Below, piece after piece: positions 8,539-20,500 of a DNA stretch of 64,000 nt. The notes below the pieces were generated by a model that worked only from the letters and a program-made list of their open reading frames with translations, made no database searches and was not told the origin of the DNA. Location: contig OZ252299.1 in NCBI GenBank assembly GCA_965250285.1, positions 448,001 through 512,000 on the forward strand, in the 5' to 3' direction. How positions within the stretch are numbered: position 1 is the stretch's first letter; every line of letters begins with the position of its first letter. Source of the stretch: Myxococcota bacterium (GTDB lineage: Bacteria > Myxococcota_A > UBA9160 > UBA4427). The position numbers were made by a program, and so were the translations under genes.

Positions 8539-11500
8539 CTATTCCGGCACGGCTTTGGCGCAGACTCCGCGGAGCGGTGTGCCGAGGCCGGCAACGGCGC
8601 GTTGCAGCACGGCGATGTCGCGAATGTCGATCTCGGGGCCACCGACGACGCTGCCGAGATCAGCCACCGCAGGGTCGAGATCGATGCCCAGGACGAAGTC
8701 CCAGAGTTTGTCGACATCGTCCTCGACGGGCGGACCGAAGACGGCCCCGGTCTCGTCGGTGTCGCCGCACTGGCACGCATCGCCGATGCCGTCGACGATC
8801 GGAGCGGTCCCGAGCAGGGCGCCGGTATCGGCATTCGTCGGGTCGGGTTCGAAGATGCATCGATCGCCATCGTTCTGAATGCCGTCCCCGTCCTGGTCTG
8901 GTGCCGCGTTGAAGAAGCTGGTCAGCTCGGCACGCTCGAGCGCCGACTGATCGACGGCGGCGAGCAGCGATACGCCCACACCATCGTGGTAGGGCAGCTC
9001 TTCGACTCGACCATCGGTGAGGCTCAGCGTACCCGAAACCGGGCTGCTGAGCGTGATTCGGCCCACGCAGTTGAGCGCGCTGTCGGTGCCGTAGCCCAGG
9101 GTCGTGCCGCCGAGTAGCCACGGCAGATTGCCCTCGAGCACGATGTAGAACACGTCGGGGAGGAGGCCCGCCGCGGTCGCCGAGGCGGGGTCGAGCGGGT
9201 CGACGGTGAACGAGATCGGATCTCCATTCACGTCGAGACCCGTCTGCACGCCCGGCAGGCTCCCCGCACCACAGCTGCGCTGGTCGACCCCACCGCCGTA
9301 GTCTTGCGGGGTCGCATCGCAGCCGCTCAGCGAGATCGTCTCGGCTGAAGTGGCATACCCATCGGGCAGGGCCACGCCGACCGCGATGCGATGGAGCGGC
9401 TCGGCGTAGCTGAAGCACACGTCGTACTCGGTCGCGGCGATCGGGTCCTGCCCGGGCGCGGGGCCGATGCGGATGTCGACCGGCGGCAGGTCTCCGGGCG
9501 GCGGCGGCGGGCAGGCGAGCCCACAGGACTGGCTCGCGATGTAGCTCACGATCGTGATCAGCCCGCCGTCGGTCGGCTCGGGCACCGGGAACACGTCGGC
9601 CACCCCCTGCTGCGTCAGATACGCATCGGGCAAGCTGCCACCGGGGTCCGGGTTCAGCGAGACCTCGCCGAGGTTGATCTCGGCAAGCGGGGGGCACGCG
9701 ACGAGATCGAGATCGAGATAGAGCGTATCGCCGCGTGCGCCCGGGTTGGGGGCGGGGGGGGGCACGACCGTCGCGAGCGAGACGTTGGTGGCGTCTTCGG
9801 TGAAGACGGGCGCACCCGGGTACTCGGGCGGAATCGCGATGCCCGTCTGAATCTCGGTGGGCGGCGAGCTGCCCGGGCAGGTCAGCGTGAGACGGAACGC
9901 GGGATCCGCCGCGTCGCCAATCTGTTCGAGGTTCAGGAACCCGTTCTCGCACACATCGCCGATGCCGTCGCCGTCCTCGTCGAGCTGGTCCGAGTTGCTG
10001 GCGAGCGGACAGTTGTCGCAGACGTCACCCACACCGTCGCTGTCGCCGTCGACCTGGGACGGGTTGTAGAGGAACGCGCAGTTGTCGAGTCCGTCGGGGA
10101 GCCCATCGAAGTCGCTGTCGCGCACCATGCTGCGCGTGGTCAATGCTTCGATGGCGTCGATTCTCGCCGGGAGCCCGCTGTGGTCGTTCCCGGTGAGGCG
10201 CACGAACCGGAAGGCGTCGGTCGCGTCGAAGCCATGACCGTCGCCGTCGACATCGACGGCGGCGGCGCAACCCGTGATCTCCTGCATCGTGCCGCTGAAC
10301 CAGTTCGAGCCGTCGGCGCTGTATTCGACCGAGAACGGCCGCAGGAAGTCGCTGCTGAGACCGTTCGTTCCGACGTACACACAGAAGTCGGGGTCGTTCG
10401 TGCCGCTGCCGCGGATCACGTTGTCGACGAACTGGAGGGTCAGCCTCGAGCCCTGGGGAAGCTCGGCCCAGGGGAACTGCCACGCCACTGCGCCGGCCAG
10501 CTCTTCGGGATCGTCCGTCGGGGCGCCGAGCGCGAAGGTCGGGTCGACGACGGCGCCCTCGACATCGACGACGGCGTCGGCAAAGATCGTCGAGTCGGCG
10601 CCCTGCATGAGCATGATGAAGCCGTTTCCGGAGCCTTGGGGCGGGCTACCACCCGACGGTCCACCCATCGCAGCGCCCACGAAGAGGTCGAGCACGTCGT
10701 CGCCATCGATGTCGCCCAGCGGCGCGACCGCCGAGCCGAGTCCGTTGCTCCGCCAATCGCCGAGATCGATCGGGTTGATGGTGCCGACGGCCGAACCCCG
10801 CGTGTTCTGCACGGTCGACGCACCGCGGATCGATCCGTCGTCGTCGAGCGGCACGAAAATGAGCCCCCCGGTGGCTTCGAAGGGCGGCGGCGCCGGACAG
10901 AGGAACGTCGGCTCGAAGGGTGCGCACGAGGGATTCGGGAACAGCTCACTGCCGATCGCCAGGGTGCCGCGGCTCGTGGCGTCGTCGGCATCGGGCAAGA
11001 ACGCGAGGGACGTGCCAATGCGGGCGTCCGGCGGGATCAGCACGCGGGATACGGGGAAGACGAGGCCCTGATTCGAGCTGATCTTGCGGTACGACGCCAC
11101 GGTCTCGTCGAGCGCCAGCGATACGATGTACACGGCTCCGGCGTTGCTCGCGTTGGTGGCATCGTCGCCGGGCGCGGCGATGGCGATGTCCGCGCCGCCG
11201 TCGCGATCGAGGTCGCCGAGGCTCGTGACCGAGAAGCCCAGCGCGTCGAAGGGCCCGACATCGCCGGGAAAATCCTGTCCGGTCAGCTTGGCGTGGCTCT
11301 TCACGGTGCCGCTGGCGTTCATGTAGAGGATCCAGACGGCTCCCTGGTCGGGGCCACCGTCGTCGTCCCCCGACGCCCCGACCAGAAGGTCGGGTACGTC
11401 GTCGCCATCGAGGTCGCCGGGCGTGGCGAGCGCGCCGCCGAAGCGATCCCCTACGTCGAGTGATCCCGCGAAGCTGCCGTCGGAGTCGTTGATGCGTTGG

Positions 11501-14500
11501 AAGCTTCGAACCGTTCGGTCGGGCTCCATGAAGAGAACGTATACGGCGCCCTTGCCCGCCACGTCGCGGGGGGCCCCCACGATCAGGTCGGAGAGACCGT
11601 CGCCGTCTAGATCGCCGGGCGATGCGACCGCGGTGCCGAAGCGATCGGTGGTCGAGAGCAGGCCGCCGGGATCGAACGCACCGGTCAGTCCACCCGACGA
11701 ATCCGAGATCTCGACGTCGAGCGCGCTCACGATCTGCCCGAACCCGTTCGGCGAGACGATGAAGACCGCGCCTCGGCCGTCGCGTGCGCCCGGTGCTCCG
11801 ACGGCGACCTCGACCAGGCCATCGCCGTTGAGGTCATCGAGTGCGACGGCACTTCGGCCGAAGCCGGCGTCGGCCTCGAGCGTAAGCGAGACGAACGTAC
11901 CGGACACTTGATTGACCTGCTTCGGTCGAGGGATCGGCACGCCCTCGGAGAGGGCCGACTGCAGGCCCGGGAACTGCGCCGCGACGCGAATCGCAGGGTC
12001 GTCGTCGACGTCGATCGAGAACGACTCCGCGGTGACGGTGATGACGTTGACGTTGGCACTGGCCGTGATGTCGCGCGCCTGAAGCTCGGGGTTGGCATTG
12101 ATCGCGGCGGCGATCTGCGCCGTCACGTCGAATGTCGAGTCGCCCGTCGACGTGTCGAGTTCGATGGTGACGTCGTCGACGATGATCTCGATGCGGCCGC
12201 CCACTGCATTGCCACCGAGCAAGACGATGGTCTGCTCCGGCTGCAGCGAGAAGCGTGCGGCCGTGACGCCGGGCTCGTTCGCCGCGTCGACGGCGAGCCG
12301 ACCGCCGACGACGAGGCGTCCGCCCGGACGTGCGTCCGCCCAGACACCGCGCGTCTGCAGGGTCGGATCCGCGAGGATCGCGTCGGCTGCGTCGCGCGCG
12401 AGCTGATCGGCGCCGAATCCGTTTCGTGCGAGCACGCTCACCGTGACGCCGTCGACGCGAACGTCGACGGAGCCGCCGGCCGGATAGCCCAGGAAGAGGG
12501 CTGATTCTTCGCCGCGGCAGGCGCTCGAGCAGCCGTCGCCATCGAGGAGATTGCCGTCGTCGCATGTTTCGGTGGGGTCGAGTGCGCCATCGCCGCAAAG
12601 CGCCTCACGGCCATCGACACTCATCACATAGACGGCGCCTGCATTCGTCTGGCCGTCATCATCCGCGAACGCGCCCACCACGATCTCGCGCCGCCCGTCT
12701 CCATCGAGATCGCCGATCGACGCAGGCCATCGGCCGAGCGAGTCGCCGTCGAGGAGGCTCGCATCGAAGCCGCCAAGCCCTTCCGTGATGCGCTCACTGC
12801 GCATGACGCGGCCAAGTTCATCGAGGAAGAGGAGCCAGAACGCGCCCCGGTTCGTGCCCGCGGTGTCGTCGTTGTACGCGCCCGCGATCAGGTCGGTCAC
12901 GCCATTGCCGTCGAGATCGCCGAGTCGGTCGAGGCCCAGCCCGAAGAACGTCGAGGATGTGAGCACGTCGGGGAAGCCGCCGAGACCGCTGCCGATTCGG
13001 AATTCATCGACGACCTGCTTCGTCTCGGGGTCGACCGAGAGCATCCAGATCGAACCCAGGTTCGAGCCCGCTGGCGCCGCGCCGTCGTCGTTGCGAGCGG
13101 CGACGGCGAGCTCGACCAGGCCATCGTGTCCGATGTCGCCCAGGTAGGCGATTGCATCGCCGAAGTGATCGGTCGTCGTGAGCGAGCCGCCGAAGCCCCC
13201 CTCGGTCGCGCTGTACTTGACGAGCGATTCGACCGAGCCCACTTCGGGGTGCCCGGGGCCGTGCAGCGAGAGCATGTAGACCGCGCCCGCTTCGGTGGCG
13301 CCGTCGGCATCGCCGTAGGCCCCGACGGCGATCTCGAGCCCGCCGTCCCGGTCGAGGTCGCCGACGGCTTCGATGCTCTCGCCGAATCGGTCGGAGACGT
13401 CGAGGGTGAGCCCTGCAGCCGCGATCGCTTCGCTCAGGCCGCCCTCATCGGCGTTGATCAAGACATGGTCTCGGACGCTGAGGTCGCCGGGGCCGCTCGA
13501 CTGCAGGAAGAGCACCCAGACCGCGCCCGTGCGCGTATTGGTGCCGCTCTCGCCGTCGTCGCCCACGGCGCCGACACCGAGGTCGACGATGCCGTCGCCG
13601 TCGACGTCGCCCAGGGCGGCGACCGCGCCGCCAAACGCGTCACCGATCTCGATGGGGCCGGTGAAGCCGCTCTCGACGCTCGGCAGAAGAAGCTGGCGAA
13701 CGATCTCGCCGTCGGTGGCGAGAGACAGGATCCGGAGCTGGCCCGAGCCACTGCCGCCAGCTGCGGGCAGACCCACTGCGACCTCGGTCGTACCGTCGCC
13801 GTCGATATCGCCCAGCCCGGCGGTGCTGCGTCCGAAGGATGCGAAGGCGGTGAGCAGCCCGCCGGGATCCCCCGGGCCCGACAGACCGCCCGAGGTGTCG
13901 CTGATCTTGCGGATGTCGGTCACTGTGCCGAGTTCGAGCCCCAGCAAGCCTGAATCGGTGGTCGAGCTCGAAGTGACGCTCACTCCGCTCAACACCAGCG
14001 TCTCGCCACTGGCGAAGGCCGTGAGCCGCTTCGTGCCGAGCACAGGATCGGATGCGATGGCCGATGCCAGCGCCGATGCGACGTCGGGGCCGGTGTCGCC
14101 CGGGCTGGTCACGATGCTGATCGGTTCGCCGAGGAGCGCGATGTTCACCGTACCGCCGGTCGCAAGGCCTGAGATCGCGAGATGGGTCTCGGGCTCACAG
14201 ATCGATGAACAGCCATCGCCTTCGACGTTCCCGCCGTCGTCGCAGGCTTCCACCGGGTCGATCCGTCCGTCGCCGCAGACGGCAGTGCCGCCGTCGAGCT
14301 CGATCAGATACACGGCGCCCGTGTTCGAGCCCGTCCCATCGTCGTCATAGAAGGCGCCCACGGCCAGCAGCGGGCCGCCCAGGCCGTCGAGTGAGGGGAG
14401 CGCGGTCAGCCCGTAGCCGAATCGATCGTCGGGATCGATCTCGCCCGCGAGCTCGGGGTTCTGCGGGCCGAGCTTGACGACCGAGGTCACCGGGTTCGCG

Positions 14501-17500
14501 GTCGACGCCGGGTTCAGGAACAGCACGTACGCTGCGCCGGCCTGACCGCCCCCGTCGTCGTCTCGGTTCGCGCCCGCGGCAATCTCGTTGTCTCCATCGC
14601 CGTCGAGGTCGGGCAGGAGCGTCAAGCCTGCGCAGAGGCGGTCGTCCGACTCGACGAATCCGAGCGGGAACCCGCCCTGGCCGGGCCGGATCGTCTCGAA
14701 GTACTTCGCGGCCGTGCCGTCGGGGTTCAGGCTGATGATCTTGATCGATCCGGTGTTGCTGAAGCCCGGTGGCTCGTCCGTGTACGCACAGCTCGCGATC
14801 TCGATGCGGCCATCCCCGTCGATGTCGCCCAGGGGCTCGACCACCGTTCCGAACTGATCTCCGCCATTCACGAACTGGGCGACGACGCGCTGCGGTGCGA
14901 GATCGAGCCTCGCGCGGCCCGTGCGATCGAGGAAGACCACCCAGACGGCTCCGCCGTCTGTGGGGTAGAAGTCGTCGAAGGGGGCACCGACGACGAGATC
15001 GCCGACTCCGTCGCCATCGATGTCGCCGGCCGCACCGACGTCGTGCCCAAAGAAGTCGCCGGCGCCGAGCGTGTTGGCCGGAATGCCGCCCTCGCCGTCG
15101 GCCAGCTTCATCGCCGACAGCACGGTGGATGAGTCCGCCGCCATGAAGAGGATGTAGACGGCGCCTTCGGCATCGCCGCTCGCGCCTACGGCGATGGCGT
15201 AGGCGGAGGGGCCCGGCCCATCGAGATCACCGAGATACGCGACGCCGAGCCCGAGGAAGTGACCCGCGCCGAGGCTGTATCCGCTCGCAGCGAACACGGC
15301 CCCGAGGTTGCCACTGGTCGCAGACAGCTTCGTTTCGCTCTTCACGGTTCCATCCGCGTTCATCAAGACGATGAAGATCGCGCCCGCGTCTGTGAAGCCG
15401 TCGTCGGTGGTGTACGCGCCGACGATCATGTCGGGGACACCGTCGCGGTCGAGGTCGGCGCCGTCGATCGAGACGCCGAGACGATCGTCGCTCGCGAGGA
15501 GGCCGCCCGGATTGCCCGGCCCGGAGAGTTCGCCCCGCGTGTCGCTCAGCTTCACGACGCTGCGGATCATTCCGACATCGAGACCGATGAGGCCGGGATC
15601 CGTCGTTCCATTCGATTCGAGTACGGCTCCGCCGACGACCAGCCGGTTGCCGTCGGCCAAGGCCTCGACGCCGCGAACGCCCAGCGTGCCGTCCGCGACG
15701 ATGGCCGCGGCCAGCCGCGCGGCGACGTCGTCGGGCGTATCGCCCGCGAAGGTCGACACCGAGATGTCGACGCCATCCACCAGCAGGCTGGCCGAACCGC
15801 CTGTCGGCGCGCCGTCGACAACCAGCCACTCCTCTTGTTGGCAGGTGGCTGAGCAGCGATCGCCCGACATCGTGTTGCCGTCGTCACACGCCTCGGCCGC
15901 ATCGAGAATCCCGTTGCCACAGGCGGGCCCGAGACCATCGATGTCGAGAAGCCACACGGCGCCGGATTCGTTCTGGCCCCCGTCGTCGGCGCGCGGCGCG
16001 CCCACCGCGAGCTCGGGCCACCCGTCGCCGTCGAGGTCCCCGACGCTTGCGACCGATGCGCCGAAGCCGTCGCCATCGGCGAGTGGCCCAGCGAAACGAC
16101 CGAAGAGCGTGCTGATGATGTTGCGCTCGCGGTTCGAGTCGGCGATCTCGATCGGGTCCGTCCCGCCGAAGGGCGTGAAGTTGTCTCGGCCGAGCGAATG
16201 AATGAGAAGCGCGCCGCGGCTCGTCCCACCTTGATCCTCGAAGGGGCCCCCGTCGGCCAGCTCCGGAACGCCGTCGCCATCGAGGTCGCCGAGCGAAGCC
16301 AACGCGTGCGCGTAGCCTCGGACGCTCGATCTCTCGACGCAGAGCCCCGTCGAGTCGAGCTCGAGGATCGCGATCAATCCGGGCAGCTCGCCGGTCGACA
16401 CGCCCGGCAGCGCTCCGGTCGAACCGACGGCGAGAAGGTTCCGACTGCCGCCATCGGGGTCGCCGATCACAGCAAGGCTCTCGCCGAAGCGCGTCCGCCT
16501 GAACGTCTGCGGGTAACAGTTGTTGGGATCATTCGCGTTGTTCGTCAGATTGCTGAGCTTGGATTCGCGCTCGACGTTGCCCGTCTGCGAGAGCGAGACG
16601 ATCCACAGTGCGCCGCGGTCGGGGCCGGTTTGCGGCGCACCCGCATCGTCGTCGTCGTCGCCGGGAGCGCCGATGGCCAGCTCGGGCCGATCATCGCCAT
16701 CGAGGTCGCCCAGGAAGGCGACGCTGCGGCCGAACTCATCGCCGACGTCGAGGTTGCCGCCGAACCCCGCGAGTCCTTCGCCGATCACCGCCGAGCCGGC
16801 AACCGTGCCGTCGGGGGCGAGGAAGTAGATCCAGACGCTGCCACCGAGGCCGGGGCCGTCGAACGGCGCGCCGACCGCGAGATCGGGGACGCCATCGCGA
16901 TTCAGATCGCCGATGCCGGTCAGCGATGCGCCCAGCGTCCCGTGATCGAAGGGCGCGGGGAAGCCGGGTGCACCCGTGACGAGCTCGATCTCGCTGCGAA
17001 CCGAGCCATCGGCGTTCATGAAGAGGACGAAGAGTCCGCCGTTGTTCGGCTGTCCGTCGTTGGCCTGACTCTGGCCGACCGCGAGGTCGTCCACGCCGTC
17101 GCCGTCGACGTCGCCGATCAGCGCAACGGCTGAGCCGAACTCGTGCGTCGCGTCGATGATGCCGCCTAATCCACCTGCGTTGCTGATCTTGCGCTCTTCG
17201 AGAACCCGCCCGAAAGCGGAGAGCGCCGTGACGCCCGGGTCCGTGCTGGCTGCGTCGGTCAAGGCGCCGCCGCTGACGTAGAGACGCTCTCGAAAGTGGG
17301 TGGCCCGAACGCCGCGCGAGGCCAATGTGATGTCTGCGTGCACCGCGTCGACGAGCGCCGCCGCGATCGACTCGCCGCTCTCGTCGAGGAGGGGCGCGAT
17401 CGAGATCACCTGGCCCGCGATGTCGAGCTGAACCAGGCCGCTTCCGGTGCCGATGCCGAGCAAGTCGACCGTCGCCTCCGTCTGACAGAACGCTGAGCAC

Positions 17501-20500
17501 CCGTCCCGATCGTCGGCGTCCCCGAAATCGCAGGTTTCGCCGGCATCGAGGATCGCGTTGCCGCACTCGGCGAAGCCGCTCGACAGGAACGCCGTCCAGA
17601 CGCTGCCGCGATCGTCGTCCCCGTCGAGTGGAGCACCGGCGACCAGCTCTGGAGCCCCGTCTCCGTCGAGGTCGGGCGAGATGGCGAGCCCGGCGCCAAG
17701 CCACTCCGAGCCGAGCGCGAGACGTCCGTTGGCTGCGTCGAAGAGCGGGAGCGGTGTCAGGCTCACGACGGGGTAGGTGATCACGAGCGTGTTGTTCACG
17801 ATCTCGACGTTCACGTCCGATTCGAGTACCCAGACCTGCCCAGTGCCCGAGCCGTTCGTCGAATCGGTCCGAGCGCCGACCGCGAGGTCGACGCGCCCGT
17901 TGCCGGTGAAGTCTCCAAGCGGCGTGATCGACGAGCCGAAGCCCGCTCCACTCGGGCTGGACAGGTCGAAGGTGATGTCGGTCGGGTCCTCTCGCCCCCC
18001 GTCCGCCTTCAGGAACATCACCTCGACTTGATTCGAGCCAGGCCGTCCCAGGGCGAGGTCAACCGTCGACTCATTGCTCCGGTTGAAGTCGCCCACGTTG
18101 GCGAGGGACTCGATCCCCCCGTCTTCGATGTGCTCGACGTACTCTCGAATCGAGCCGTCCCGATCGAGGAAGAGGATGTGGATCGCAGTGCTGACAGTGC
18201 CCGACAGACCGACGGCGAGATCGGGTACGCCATCCCCGTCGATGTCACCCAGGCCGGCTGCCGACGATCCGAAGCCAAAGAAGGGTGGGACGACCGCTGT
18301 GAATCGACCCAGGCCCGGGCCGATGGGCGTCGCGTCTCGCACCGTGCCGTCGGCGTTGAGAAACAGGATATGAACGCGGCCGTCCTGGTCCACGATGGTC
18401 GAGTGATCTGGCGAGCCCACTGCGACGTCGGGGATGCCGTCGCCGTCGACGTCGCCGACGGCCACGACGGAGGTGCCGAAGCGGCTCGCGGCGTCGAGGT
18501 CGGCGAGCGCCGGCTCGATCGAGGCGACGATCTTGTGCGAAGAGATGGGCGAGCCATCTGGCCCGCGGCGCACGACCCAGATGGCTCCGTCGTCAGCGCC
18601 GTCCTGGGGCGCACCGATCGCGACATCCGTCGTCCCGTTCGCATCGAGGTCGCCGAGATCGGCGACTGAGCCGCCGAAGAGATCTCCGTTGGCCGAGACG
18701 CCGAGATCGAGATTCTCGAGCTCGAGCAATAGGGGGATCGAAGCGTCGCCGCTCGGCCGGGCGAGGATCAAGCCAGGATCGGTGTCTGCGAAGTCGGTGA
18801 GGATGCCACCCACGACGAGTGTGCCGCCGAGGTTGGCGGCGGAAACACCCTTGGCGGAGAGGGTCGGATCGGCCGAGATGGCAGCCGCGAGCGCAGCTGC
18901 GATCTGGTCGCCCGAGTCTCCGGCCGTGGTCGGAATGCTGATCTGCACCCCCTCGACGACGACGTCGACGACGCCTCCGCCGAGGGCCTGGCCGAACACG
19001 TCCAGTTGCTGCTCGAGCCGGCAGGTCGAGCTGCATCCATCGAGCGCTGCGGGGTTGCCATCATCGCAGGCTTCGATCGGCTCCAGCACGCCATTGCCAC
19101 ACGCCCCATCCGCGCCCGCGACCTCGACGATCCACAGCGCACCGCGATCGACGTCCAGACCATCATCGCCGGGTGCGCCGATGGCCAAAGAAGGGAGCGT
19201 GTCACCGTCGAGGTCGCCCAAACCGGCGAGTGCACGGCCGAAATGATCGAAATCGGCGAGGCTGCCTACGAAGCCACCGTTCGCTTCGGTGATCTTGCGC
19301 GTCTCGGTCGCCTGTCCGTCGGCTGAGAGCGAGATCAGATAGACGGCTCCGGCTTCCGCCCCCGCCTCACTGTCGCGCTCGGCCCCGACCGCGAGCTCGA
19401 GTTGCCCGTCTCCGTCGATGTCGCCGAGTCGACCGAGTCCCGAGCCGAACCCGCCCTCGTTCGAGACCACTCCATTGAAGCCACCCTGGCCGGCGCCGAT
19501 GCGCTGTTCAGCGGACACGTTTCCCGAGCTGTCGAGAAACAGGATCCACACCGTCCCCGATGCCGATGCGAACTGTCGCCCCGGGCCCCCGATGGCAACG
19601 TCGTTCACGCCGTCGCCATTGAGATCGCCGACGCCGACGACGGACGAGCCGAACGCGGTGTCGCCCGGAATGACCTGAGGCAGCGCGAACCCGCCGATGT
19701 CGACGCTCGTGCGCACCATGCCGCTCGGCTCGAGGAAGAGCAGCCACGCACCGCCCGAGAGAAAGCCCGTCGTCGACGAGCTGGGCGCACCCACGACCAG
19801 CTCGGGTACACCGTCGCCGTCGATGTCGCCCGGCGAGCCGACAGCGGCCCCGAACTCGACGCCGGGGCTGAGCAGCCCCGTGAACCCGCCCTCGCCACCG
19901 CCGCGGGCGCTGATCTCGAGATGATCGAGGACGCTCCCGTCGGCGGCGAGATAGACCAGCCAGACGGCGCCTTCTTCGTTGAAGCCGTCCGCAGTCGCGG
20001 GCGCGCCAACCGCGATGTCGGGGACGCCGTTGCCGTCGAGATCGCCCATCCCCGCGACGCCGGCTCCGAATCGGCGGATGTCGACGCCGGTGGCGAAGCC
20101 GCCGATTCCTTCGGCGATCGACGTCTCAGAGGCGACGGTGCCGTCCGCGTTCATGAACAGGATGCGGACGAGCCCGCGATCGACTCCCGCGTCGTCGTCG
20201 AGCGGGCTGCCCACGGCGAGATCGTCGACGCCGTCGCCATCCACGTCTCCGATCCATGCGACCGACGATGCAAAAGCTTCGCCCGCCTCGAGGACGGCAC
20301 CCAACCCGCCGGCGTTGTCGGCGATTCGAACCTCGTCCACCACATCACCGAGCGCGAACACGATCTCGGCGCCCGAGTCGCTGCTTTCGGGCGCGAGGAT
20401 GACTCCATCGGTATAGAGGCGGTCCCCGAACGTCGTTGCTGCGACGCCTTGGTTCTGGAGAGTCGGATCGTTGTTGATCGCACTCGCGAGGGCGGATGCA

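Noticed and set aside
8535..8870. N-terminal 112-aa extension of the TpsA-CHAT ORF overlapping the giant gene
   Set aside because: Low-complexity Ser/Arg/Pro translation of an alternate frame; the signal peptide and RBS point to a start at 8534 or 8477.
9391..11463. Long plus-strand ORFs antisense to real genes (690 aa here; also 24599-27262, 34980-37442, 52262-54100, 58604-60454)
   Set aside because: Shadow ORFs expected from high GC3 codon bias; they mirror well-supported opposite-strand genes and carry no recognisable motifs.
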